Shown here: positions 15,859 through 24,127 of the stretch, piece after piece
Layout: every line of letters begins with the position of its first letter
How positions within the stretch are numbered: position 1 is the stretch's first letter
IMG/VR virus record: IMGVR_UViG_3300042940_001342
Coordinates: 1 to 29,147 of that record
Direction: 5' to 3' (one strand)
Length of the DNA: 29,147 bases
Source: a virus
Taxonomy: Duplodnaviria > Caudoviricetes
Notes under the pieces: generated by a model
Databases searched by the model: none
Told to the model about the DNA's origin: nothing
Seen by the model: the letters and a program-made list of their open reading frames with translations, nothing else
Translations under genes and position numbers: made by a program

Positions 15859-17325
15859 ATGAATATCGATTTCAACGCCGCCGCGCTGGGTGAAGTCACC
15901 GCCGGCGAAGTCGGCGATGAGGGCCTGGCGCAGCTGCAAAAGGCCCTGACCGCCACCCCGTACACCACCGACGTGGCCACCCTGTCCGGCGCCGGCGCCC
16001 TGCGCGTCCAGTCGCTGGACAAGACCATGAAGGCCACCATTCTCGAAAACGATCAGTTCAAGCTGTTCAACGAGCTCGCCAAGGCCTCGGCCGGCGCGAT
16101 CGTCGACGAGTGGACCGAGCGCCCGGCGATCGGCGGCTATGAGGGCGGGACGGCCAACAGCGAAACCGGCGACATTCAGGAAGAGACCGGGGAATACTAC
16201 CGCCGCGTCGGTCAGGTGAAATTCCTGATGACCCGCGCCCAGGTCTCCCTGATCTCGACCCTCGGCAACAACATCGCCTCGGCGAAGGCCTCGGAAGCGC
16301 AAAACGCCGCCCTGCGCCTGCTGCGCGATGCTGAACACCTCAGCTGGTACGGCAACGACGCGGTCGTCTCGACCGAGTTCGCCGGCATCTTCGCCCAGAT
16401 GGAAGCCGGCGTTGCCGCCGGCCAAGTCGACGGCCGGAACATCGTCAACGCCGACGGCGGCGCCCTGTCGGGCATCGAGGCGGTCAACAGCGCGGCCGCC
16501 CAGGTCGCCGGCTGGGACAACTTCGGTCGCGGCACCCACCTGTTCATGTCGCAGGACACGCAGGTGGACTTCGACAACGACCTCGACCCCGCTTACCGCG
16601 TCAACCTGCCGGACGTTCCGGCCGGCGGCATCACCCTCGGTTCGCCGGTCATCGGGATCCGCACCAGCTGGGGCAACATCAAGACGGTGAACAACGTGTT
16701 CATCCGCGATGAGAAGCTCCAGGTGCCGTTCCAAATCCGGTATGCCGCCCGCGCCACCGCCAACACCGGCATGAAGCCGACGCTGGCCTCGGTCGTGGCG
16801 GCCACCGGCACGGCGAGCAACATGTTCACCGCCCCGCGAGCTGGCAACTACTATTACCTGGTCACGGGCCTGCGCGCTGGCGCCGGCGAGTCGGACGGCG
16901 TCATCTCCGCCCAGACCGCCGTCACCGCCGGCCAGAAGGTCACCGTCACGATCACCGCCTCGGCCGGTGGTCAGGAGACCGGTTACGCCGTCTACCGTTC
17001 GCGCCAGAACGGCACGAACGCGCCGTCGGACTTCCGCCTGATCAAGCGCATCCCGAAGACCGCCTCCTCGACGGTGTTCGTCGATGAGAACCTGGACATG
17101 CCGGGTTCGACGCAGGCGGCCCTGCTCAACATGGGCCGCGGCGCTGACGCCATCAACTGGCGCCAGATGCTGCCGATGACCGAGTTCCAGCTGTATCCGA
17201 CCACGGCGGCCGTTCTGCCTTGGGCTCAGCTGCTCTGCGGCTACCTGCGCATCACCAAGCGCCGGCAGCACGCGGTGATCAAGAACATCGTGCCCGGCAA
17301 GGCCATCTGGAAGCCCCACGGCTAA
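15859..17325 (+). CDS. Major capsid protein, SPO1/Twort/A511-like type
   Basis: GGAG RBS; N-terminal LQKAL..Y..D......GALRxQSLD; YGN....TEFAGI; beta-rich insertion (YYYLVT..GES..YAVYR..FVDEN); C-terminal IKNI. Confidence 0.85.
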   Translation: MNIDFNAAALGEVTAGEVGDEGLAQLQKALTATPYTTDVATLSGAGALRVQSLDKTMKATILENDQFKLFNELAKASAGAIVDEWTERPAIGGYEGGTANSETGDIQEETGEYYRRVGQVKFLMTRAQVSLISTLGNNIASAKASEAQNAALRLLRDAEHLSWYGNDAVVSTEFAGIFAQMEAGVAAGQVDGRNIVNADGGALSGIEAVNSAAAQVAGWDNFGRGTHLFMSQDTQVDFDNDLDPAYRVNLPDVPAGGITLGSPVIGIRTSWGNIKTVNNVFIRDEKLQVPFQIRYAARATANTGMKPTLASVVAATGTASNMFTAPRAGNYYYLVTGLRAGAGESDGVISAQTAVTAGQKVTVTITASAGGQETGYAVYRSRQNGTNAPSDFRLIKRIPKTASSTVFVDENLDMPGSTQAALLNMGRGADAINWRQMLPMTEFQLYPTTAAVLPWAQLLCGYLRITKRRQHAVIKNIVPGKAIWKPHG

Positions 17326-17342
17326 GCCAGCGAGTAAGGATT

Positions 17343-17376
17343 GGGGGTGGCCCTCGGGTCACCCCCTCTCTTCCTT
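17343..17376 (+). terminator. Intrinsic terminator-like hairpin after the capsid gene
   Basis: GGGGGTGGCC-CTCG-GGTCACCCCC followed by TCTCTTCCTT. Confidence 0.7.
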
Positions 17377-17421
17377 GAAAACGGCCCGCGTCGGGCGGAC
17401 CGTTCTTTAGAGAGAGAACCG

Positions 17422-17799
17422 ATGCGCGTTATCTGCACCCTCCCCAACGCCTCCGACAACATCAACGGCGTCCCCTTTGAGGCTGGTCAGCATGAAGGCC
17501 AGCCGGCGATGATCGCCGAAGAGGTCGACGCCGACGTCGCGGCCAACTTCGGCCTGATCCCCGGCTACATCGTCATCGACCCGGCTGCGGCCAGCGACGA
17601 GGGCGAGCGCCGCGGCGCCGGCCGGCCGTCCAAGGAAGAGGTCGACGCCATCAAGGCGGAGATCGTCAAACTCGGTGGCTCGATCGACGGCGTGACCCGC
17701 ATCGCCGACCTGCGCAAGCTGCAGGCCGACCTTGAGAAGGCCGCTGCCGACAAGGCCGCCGCCGACAAGACCGACGAGACCCCCGCCCCGACCGAGTAA
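17422..17799 (+). CDS. Hypothetical virion-region protein, possible HeH/LEM-like C-terminal part (start reassigned to ATG 17422)
   Basis: AGAGAGAA upstream of ATG; the upstream extension in the ORF track would run through the terminator hairpin. Confidence 0.65.
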   Translation: MRVICTLPNASDNINGVPFEAGQHEGQPAMIAEEVDADVAANFGLIPGYIVIDPAAASDEGERRGAGRPSKEEVDAIKAEIVKLGGSIDGVTRIADLRKLQADLEKAAADKAAADKTDETPAPTE

Positions 17800-17830
17800 C
17801 CCTCGGCGGCGCCAACCTGGAGAATGACCC

Positions 17831-18088
17831 ATGGCCAAAGGCCCGCGTTCCAACACCAAGCTGCTGAACACCCTGACGCCCGGCGCCAAGGATGCGGCCC
17901 TCGGCACTGTGGTCGCCCTCCTGATCGACACCGTCAATGCTCAGGTCACCGCCATCAATGCCCTGCGGGCCGATCACAACACCCTGATCGCCAAGCTGAA
18001 CGCCGATGGTGGCGTCACCGACACCAACTACGCCGTGTCGACGGCGACGGCGCAAACCGCCCTGACCGCCCTCGACGCCCGCACGTAA
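17831..18088 (+). CDS. Small head decoration/fibre-like coiled-coil protein
   Basis: GGAG RBS; heptad-like INALRADHNTLIAKLNADGGVTDTNY. Confidence 0.55.
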   Translation: MAKGPRSNTKLLNTLTPGAKDAALGTVVALLIDTVNAQVTAINALRADHNTLIAKLNADGGVTDTNYAVSTATAQTALTALDART

Positions 18089-18092
18089 CCAC

Positions 18093-18113
18093 GGGGCGGC
18101 CTAGCGCCGCCCC
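18093..18113 (+). terminator. GC-rich hairpin (weak terminator or RNA-stability element)
   Basis: GGGGCGGC-CTAGC-GCCGCCCC with no U tract. Confidence 0.4.
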
Positions 18114-18130
18114 CAACCCTCGGGGATCCC

Positions 18131-18928
18131 GTGAGCCTCTTCACCACCGAGGACGTTGCCGCCTTTCAGGCCGACCGGCTCATCATAGCCGCGTCGGCCT
18201 ACTGGCCTTCCGTCACCCTGTCGCAATCCTACCTGTTGCAGCAGCTGCGAGCGGCCGAGGCCGACATCGCGCGCCAGCTGAAGGTCCGGCTCAAGCCGAC
18301 GACCTTCTTTCCGTTTGAGCCGACGCAGGAGGAAATCGACGCGGTCACCCCCGGCTACGACTATGACGAGGAACCGGGTTACGACTACAGCGCCGAATTC
18401 TTTCAGGCGGACAGCTGGGGCTATATCGTCACCCGCGCCCGGCCGATCATCGCCGTCGATTACATCCGGTTCGCCTACCCTGACCAGCGCGGCGTCTTCT
18501 ACAGCATCCCCGATGGCTGGATTCGCCTCGACAAAAAGATCGGCCACATTCGCCTGGTGCCGACACAGGTTCTCGGCACACTGCCGCTGACGGTCTTTAT
18601 CATGCAAGCCATGGGTGGTGGCCGGGGTGTGCCCGGCATGATCCAGGTCAAGTATGACGCCGGCCTGAGGAACGTGAAGACCGATCCCAAGTGGGCGGAC
18701 CTACTCGACGTCATCTACAAGTCCGCCACCCTCAAGGTCATCAAGGGCGCCTTCCTGCCACAGTCAGGTTCGATCAGCGCCGACGGCCTGTCGCAAAGCC
18801 TGAGCGTCGACGCCTCCAAGTATGGCGAGGATATTCAGGAGTCCCTGTTCGGCCCCAAGGGGTCCAACGGCGGCCTGTTCTCGTCCATCCATGGTCTGGG
18901 CGGCACGGCGCTGGGCGCCTCGGCCTGA
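18131..18928 (+). CDS. Putative neck / head-tail adaptor protein
   Basis: Position after capsid; VKYDAG and SISADGLSQSLS resemble adaptor-family motifs; GTG start. Confidence 0.62.
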   Translation: MSLFTTEDVAAFQADRLIIAASAYWPSVTLSQSYLLQQLRAAEADIARQLKVRLKPTTFFPFEPTQEEIDAVTPGYDYDEEPGYDYSAEFFQADSWGYIVTRARPIIAVDYIRFAYPDQRGVFYSIPDGWIRLDKKIGHIRLVPTQVLGTLPLTVFIMQAMGGGRGVPGMIQVKYDAGLRNVKTDPKWADLLDVIYKSATLKVIKGAFLPQSGSISADGLSQSLSVDASKYGEDIQESLFGPKGSNGGLFSSIHGLGGTALGASA

Positions 18929-19563
18929 TGCGCCTGTCCGCGACCCGGTTCAATGACTTCCTGTCCGGCGCGGTGCGCCAGCGGTTCACGTGGCGCCGGC
19001 GCTCCGCCTGCCCCTGCATCGACCCGTCCACCTCGGCGCCGCGCTATGACTGCCCCCTGTGCCGCGGCAAGGGCCACCTGTGGGCGGACGAGGTCGAGGG
19101 CTTCGCCGGCCAATCAAGCCAGTCGCCGGCCAAGGCGATCGCCACCTTCGGAAGTTGGGAGCGGGGCGACTGCACCCTCACCCTGCCATCGAATTCGCCG
19201 ATCTATGATGCGGGCCAATACGACCGAATCCGGTCTCTGGATTCGGTCGGCTCATTTTCAGAGGTTGTGCGGCCGGGCCTCAACGACGCCCTGCTGGGCA
19301 AGGTCGTTTGCCTGCATCGCGTCTTCTGGCTGAACGACGGCGGCACGGCCGTTGTGGAGGGCCCCGTGCCTGATCTGGCGGATGACGGCACGATGACCTG
19401 GCCGAACCTCGACGGACCACCCGAGGGCCGGCAATACACGGTCGAAGGCGAGCGCTACGACGAGTGGTTCGTCTACATGCCGCTGGCGGCCGACCGGAAT
19501 TCTGGCGCCTCGGGCCTGCCGCGCAAACTGGCCGCTCGCCGGCTGGACATCCTGCTACGCTAG
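18928..19563 (+). CDS. Putative neck/head-closure protein with Zn-binding motif (start reassigned to ATG 18928)
   Basis: TGATG coupling with the previous gene; CPC-x10-CPLCRGKG. Confidence 0.62.
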   Translation: MRLSATRFNDFLSGAVRQRFTWRRRSACPCIDPSTSAPRYDCPLCRGKGHLWADEVEGFAGQSSQSPAKAIATFGSWERGDCTLTLPSNSPIYDAGQYDRIRSLDSVGSFSEVVRPGLNDALLGKVVCLHRVFWLNDGGTAVVEGPVPDLADDGTMTWPNLDGPPEGRQYTVEGERYDEWFVYMPLAADRNSGASGLPRKLAARRLDILLR

Positions 19564-20361
19564 ATCACGCTGCATGGCGGCGGCGAAGTCGGTCGCGGCC
19601 GTGCGCTGGATGCTGTCGGCGACGGCCTTGGCAATGAACAGCCCGGGCCGCGGCTTGATGATCCACCCCGGCGACCCCTCGACCATGACGCGGAAGGTCA
19701 GATAGGTGCTGTAGCGCTTTCCACCCGGCGTCTTGGCGTCCATGCGGACCATGCCGGCGTGGGGGTCTGTCTTGTGGTGGGCGGCCTTCTTCGGGGTCAT
19801 CCCCGGCGGGAGGCGGTCGCCCCAGCGGTAGTTGCGGCCGGCGACCATGTAGGGCTGGCGCGTCTTGACATCGAACGCCCCGGTTCCGGACTGGCGGCGA
19901 TGGCCTCCGATAATGCGGCTGGCGGAGAGTTCCTTGGCGGCCGCATAGACGTGCTCGGGCATGGCCGGCGCGTGAGCGTCGTTTCCTGGTGTGTTGTGGC
20001 GGAACGGGATGATCAGATAGCGCCTGCCCTTCTTGCTCATTCGCACCTTCATGCTGGTGCTGAGCATGCGCTTGAGGTCGTAGGCCGGCCGGCCGGTTTC
20101 GATGTCTTCGACGTACTTGTAGTCGCTGACAATCTCCGCCGAATAGGAGCCGGTCATGCTGTAGCGGATCGACGCCGCGTAGGCCTGGCGCTCACCCTCC
20201 CACAGGGGCGCCTTGAGCGCGGCTCTTTTCCAGCGCTCAACGCCGACCTGGGCGACGGCCTCAACCTGGCTGGCAAGGTTCGTGAACATGCCGGCGCGGG
20301 CGATCGGCCCAATCTCCATGAGTTCGGCAAGGTCGATGCTGATGGAAAATTCGGTCGCCAT
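19555..20361 (-). CDS. Putative neck/virion morphogenesis protein on the opposite strand
   Basis: 268-aa basic ORF with YVEDIETG, YLIIPFRH and TFRVM..SPGWII..RPG; fills the gap exactly and has its own motif copy 14 nt upstream. Confidence 0.68.
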   Translation of the reverse strand: MATEFSISIDLAELMEIGPIARAGMFTNLASQVEAVAQVGVERWKRAALKAPLWEGERQAYAASIRYSMTGSYSAEIVSDYKYVEDIETGRPAYDLKRMLSTSMKVRMSKKGRRYLIIPFRHNTPGNDAHAPAMPEHVYAAAKELSASRIIGGHRRQSGTGAFDVKTRQPYMVAGRNYRWGDRLPPGMTPKKAAHHKTDPHAGMVRMDAKTPGGKRYSTYLTFRVMVEGSPGWIIKPRPGLFIAKAVADSIQRTAATDFAAAMQRDLA

Positions 20362-20411
20362 GGACGCAGTCTGCGCTCACGACGGCGTCGTGACGCCAAT
20401 ATGCGTCCATG
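20359..20411. promoter_or_regulatory. Symmetric divergent promoter pair (motif copies 5 and 6)
   Basis: CATGGACGCA..TCACGAC-GGC-GTCGTGA..TGCGTCCATG; each half is TCGTGA[C/G]-N14-ATG. Confidence 0.8.
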
Positions 20412-21236
20412 ATTTCGCTCGCCCAACCCTTGCCCGTGGGAAACGCCGTCCGCGTCATCCTCGCGCCGGCGGCTGGCGCGATAAAGACCCGCGTCCTGCG
20501 CAAAACCAGCGACAACATCGCCAGCGAAACTGATGTGGGATCCGCCAACGTCTACGAGGGCGATGGCCTTGGGTTTATCGACACCCTGACCCTGCTCAAT
20601 GGGACGCCATACTTCTACCGGGCCTTCGACCTGATCGGCGCCAGCTGGGTGGCGTCCCCGTCGGTCTCAGCGACCCCGGCCGCGACCGGCCAACTGGCCG
20701 GCCCGGACCCTATCGAGCTGGTGCGTTCGCGGTTTGAGCAGTCCCTCAAGGCTGACGTCACCGCTGGTCGCCTGAAGCATGAGCAGGGCTACATCCCCTG
20801 CCTCACGGCTCCGCCAGCCTACGACAACGTCAAATGGCCGCTGGTGACCATCCACCTGAAGAACGACGCACCGGCCCACCAGGGCCTCGGCGGCATCGTC
20901 GGCGATGACATTTTCAACATCGAGTCCGACATATGGGGCGAGGGTGAGGGATACCTGTCGCGCGTGAGTCTGGACGTCTGCGCCTGGGCCCTGAATTCCG
21001 AAGAGCGCAAGATGCTGCGCAAGGCGATCAAGAAAGCCTTTATCGGCAACCTCGGCATCTTCGCTCAGGCCGGCATGGTCGAGGTCGAATTCTCGACCAG
21101 CGACGTCGAGGATTTCGAGAATTACAACGCGCCTGTCTACCAGTCGCTGTCCACCCTGACCTGCCTTGCCCCCAGCGTGGTTGAAAGCGACGTCGACGAC
21201 ATCGCCGACATCACCGTCGACGCACTGGCCGCCTGA
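20409..21236 (+). CDS. Putative tail completion/terminator protein with an N-terminal FN3-like domain
   Basis: N-terminal FIDT..LLNGTPYFYRAF..SATP; C-terminal PLVTI and SLDVCAWALNSEER; lies before the sheath. Confidence 0.6.
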   Translation: MISLAQPLPVGNAVRVILAPAAGAIKTRVLRKTSDNIASETDVGSANVYEGDGLGFIDTLTLLNGTPYFYRAFDLIGASWVASPSVSATPAATGQLAGPDPIELVRSRFEQSLKADVTAGRLKHEQGYIPCLTAPPAYDNVKWPLVTIHLKNDAPAHQGLGGIVGDDIFNIESDIWGEGEGYLSRVSLDVCAWALNSEERKMLRKAIKKAFIGNLGIFAQAGMVEVEFSTSDVEDFENYNAPVYQSLSTLTCLAPSVVESDVDDIADITVDALAA

Positions 21237-21250
21237 CCATGAGGAAACCG

Positions 21251-21457
21251 ATGTCGAAGACCGAAGACGCCGCCGAGGCTCACCCCTCCGAATTCGCCCT
21301 GACCGCCGATGAGTGGTGCGCCCGCCTGTCGTCCGGCGACAAGCGGGTCGAGCTCATCACGGCGTTCGCCGCCAGTGAGCGCCGGGCTGGCCGGGTCAAG
21401 GACTCCGAAGAGAACTTCGCCAACCGCTTCGCCGCCTTCTGCGGCGCGGCTCAATAA
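21251..21457 (+). CDS. Small hypothetical protein before the sheath
   Basis: GAGGAA RBS favours ATG 21251 over 21239. Confidence 0.65.
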   Translation: MSKTEDAAEAHPSEFALTADEWCARLSSGDKRVELITAFAASERRAGRVKDSEENFANRFAAFCGAAQ

Positions 21458-21475
21458 TCGGGAGCCCTGAGAATC

Positions 21476-23191
21476 ATGGCCTACTTCTTCGACGGTCGTC
21501 TCTGGACGACCCCCGCCGTCATGAGCCGAGTCGACGACTCGGCCATGTTCAATCCCAACGTCAATGTCGGCAACGTGCTGACGGTGATCGGGCGTAGCAC
21601 CGACGGCAAGCCGAACACCGCCCTGTCGTTCGGAAGTCCTGAGCAGGCCAAGGCCGCGCTCGTCAGCGGCGATCTGGTCGACGCCATCAGCCGGGCCTTC
21701 AACGCCTCGGCGGAAACCGCCGGCCCGCTGACCGTCATCGGGGTCCGGGTGAACCCCGCCCTTCAGGCCAGCTACACCCTGCTCGACGCCAGCAGCGGCC
21801 AGTCGATCGTCCTGACCTCGACCGGCTACGGCAAGCGCAACAACCAGATCAAGGTGAAGGTCGAGGCGGCCACCACCCGCGGCCTCAAACTGACCACGCA
21901 ATTCGGCACGTCCTACTTCAGTCAGGACAACATCTACCGGAACGCCTTCACCATCCGGTACGCCGGTGCGCAGGCCAGCGCCCGCATGACCGTGAGCAAT
22001 ACCCAGGTCATCCTTGAGGCCCCCAACTCCACCGTGGTGGCCACCATCGAACTGGCCGACTACCCGACGGTGCAGGAACTGGTCGACCGGATCAACGCCG
22101 TCATCGGCTTCACTGCGACCGTCAATGACGGGAACGGCAACAAGCCGACCCTGAACGGCCTCGACGCGGTTTCCAACCAGGATGTCCGCACGGCCGACTT
22201 CATCGCCAAGGGTGACTTGCAGGCCGCCATCGACTGGTTCAACGGCGTCGGCGAAGGCTACATCAACGCCACCCGCCCTGTCGGCGGCACGCTGCCGCCG
22301 GCCGTCATGCCGTTCAAGTACCTGAGCGGCGGCTCCGACGGCACGGTGACCAACACCGAGTGGTCGAACGCCTTCACCACCCTGCAAAGCGTCGACACCC
22401 AATGGGTCGTGCCGCTTTCCAGCGCGGCCGACATCCACGCCATGGCGGACGCTCACTGCGCCTACATGTCCGGCGCCGCCCGCCGGGAGCGCCGCGCCAT
22501 CTGCGGCGCCCCGCTGGCCACCTCGGACGCCGCGGCGATCGCCCTGGCCAAGGCGCTGAACAGCGACCGCACCTCCATCACCCATCTGGGCGGCTACGAC
22601 TTCAACGCAGCCGGCGATCTGGTGCTCTACGAGCCCTACATCGTCGCCGCGATGATCGCCGGCGCCTTCGCCGGACTCAACCCCGGCACGCCGATGACCA
22701 ACAAGTCGCTGCGCCTGCGCGGTCTGGAGCGCAAGCTGCGCAACCCGACCGACACCGACGACCTGATCGAGGGCGGCGTCCTGTGCGTCGAGGACACGCC
22801 GACCGGCTATCGGGTGGTCAAGTCGATCAGCACCTGGCTGACCAACGACAACTTCAACCGGGTCGAGCAATCGGTCGGCGTGGCGCTGGACTTCACGGCC
22901 CGTGCGGTTCGTCAGGCCGTGTCCGGCCTCATTGGCGCCAAGGGTTCGCCGACGACCATGACGCTGGCGAAAACCCGCGTTGAAACGGCCCTTGCCGAGC
23001 TCGCCCGGCCCGAGCCGGCCGGTGTCGGGGTTCTGGTCGGCGATGTGGCGAGTCCGCCGTACAAGAACGTCAACGTCACCCTGAGCGGCGACGTCATGGC
23101 GATCAGCTTCCAGTGCTCGCCGGTCGTCCCCGTCAACTACATCCCCGTCACGATCTATGCGGTGCCGTACAGCGGCTCGGCGTCGGTCTAA
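21476..23191 (+). CDS. Contractile tail sheath protein
   Basis: 571 aa; LSGGSDG, PGTPMTNK, LIEGGVLCVE, YRVVKSIST, PVVPVNYIPVT. Confidence 0.92.
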   Translation: MAYFFDGRLWTTPAVMSRVDDSAMFNPNVNVGNVLTVIGRSTDGKPNTALSFGSPEQAKAALVSGDLVDAISRAFNASAETAGPLTVIGVRVNPALQASYTLLDASSGQSIVLTSTGYGKRNNQIKVKVEAATTRGLKLTTQFGTSYFSQDNIYRNAFTIRYAGAQASARMTVSNTQVILEAPNSTVVATIELADYPTVQELVDRINAVIGFTATVNDGNGNKPTLNGLDAVSNQDVRTADFIAKGDLQAAIDWFNGVGEGYINATRPVGGTLPPAVMPFKYLSGGSDGTVTNTEWSNAFTTLQSVDTQWVVPLSSAADIHAMADAHCAYMSGAARRERRAICGAPLATSDAAAIALAKALNSDRTSITHLGGYDFNAAGDLVLYEPYIVAAMIAGAFAGLNPGTPMTNKSLRLRGLERKLRNPTDTDDLIEGGVLCVEDTPTGYRVVKSISTWLTNDNFNRVEQSVGVALDFTARAVRQAVSGLIGAKGSPTTMTLAKTRVETALAELARPEPAGVGVLVGDVASPPYKNVNVTLSGDVMAISFQCSPVVPVNYIPVTIYAVPYSGSASV

Positions 23192-23221
23192 GCGGTCGCG
23201 GCCCATTAAGGAGAACCGGCC

Positions 23222-23644
23222 ATGAAGACCAACGTACAAGTCGAGAGCGGCAACCGCATCATCGTCACTTTCGACGACAAGCAAATCGGGCTTGTCCAGA
23301 ACGTGCGCATGAGCGACGACTACGGCCCCGAGCCGGCCAGCGGCGTGGGTGACATCCATGTCGTCGAGCACGTTCCCACCATGGCCCGGCACATGCTGTC
23401 GGTGTCCATGATGGTGCTCAAAAAGAAGAGCATGCGCGCCGCCGGCATCACCGCCCTGAATGGCGACTTCGCCCTTCGCGGCCTGGTGTTCGACATCGTC
23501 GTCATGTCGAAGGATGATGGCTCCGTGCTGAAGAAGTACAGCGGCTGCTCCTACGCCAGCGGCGACGTCGATGTGTCCAAGCACCAGATCGTCATGGCCT
23601 CGGCGCAGTTCAACGCTCTGGATACCGACGGCGACGGCGTCTAG
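23222..23644 (+). CDS. Tail tube protein
   Basis: AAGGAG RBS; 140 aa after the sheath; SGNRI, IGLVQ, DDYG.EP..GVGDI.V.EHVP, YSGC. Confidence 0.85.
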   Translation: MKTNVQVESGNRIIVTFDDKQIGLVQNVRMSDDYGPEPASGVGDIHVVEHVPTMARHMLSVSMMVLKKKSMRAAGITALNGDFALRGLVFDIVVMSKDDGSVLKKYSGCSYASGDVDVSKHQIVMASAQFNALDTDGDGV

Positions 23645-23668
23645 CCCCAGCCCACCGGTCAAAAAGTG

Positions 23669-23700
23669 AAGGCCGCCGGGGAGCCCCTCGGCGGCCTTTT
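23669..23700 (+). terminator. Intrinsic terminator after the tube gene
   Basis: AAGGCCGCCGGGG-AGCC-CCTCGGCGGCCTTTT. Confidence 0.8.
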
Positions 23701-23704
23701 GCTG

Positions 23705-23725
23705 TCGTGACGACACCTTGGGTGC
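23705..23725 (+). promoter_or_regulatory. TCGTGAC late-promoter-like motif, copy 7
   Basis: TCGTGAC-GA-CACCTT-GGGTGC-ATG (23726), directly after the terminator. Confidence 0.78.
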
Positions 23726-24127
23726 ATGACGCAGGAATCACCCAACCAATTCACCCACGACGTCGAAGACGTCGGGCGGTTCGTCTTCCGCAAGCGCACC
23801 TTGATGATGCAGGCCGCGATCGAATGTGAGTACGCGCGCCTGACCGAGGGCCTGCTGCTGGTCACGCCCTACCTTGAGCAGCTGGCCGGAAGTCTCGCCG
23901 ACATTCGGGTTCTCATGGTCACCGGCCCCAAGGGCTGGGAGGTCAAAGACCTCGACGAGATGGACGCCGACGATCCCGAGGTCTTGCCGCGGCTTCAGAA
24001 GGTTTGGAGCGCGCTGCGCGATAAGCAGGCCTCCTTTCAAAAACCTGCGGAACCTAAAGCGGGCGGCGAAGGAGTCGGCGGGGACGATCGAGCTCTGGTA
24101 TCGCCAGACGTTCCGCCTGGCGCCTAA
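23726..24127 (+). CDS. Tail assembly chaperone (G-like)
   Basis: 133 aa between tube and tape measure; GRFVFRKRT at the N-terminus. Confidence 0.72.
   Translation: MTQESPNQFTHDVEDVGRFVFRKRTLMMQAAIECEYARLTEGLLLVTPYLEQLAGSLADIRVLMVTGPKGWEVKDLDEMDADDPEVLPRLQKVWSALRDKQASFQKPAEPKAGGEGVGGDDRALVSPDVPPGA

Noticed and set aside
16945-16951. TCGTGAC on the minus strand inside the capsid gene
   Set aside because: Explained by Val-Thr-Ile codons; no (C/T)AnnnT at the expected position and no start codon 14 nt downstream.
23147-23153. TCGTGAC on the minus strand inside the sheath gene
   Set aside because: Also GTC ACG ATC codons; no matching -10-like hexamer.
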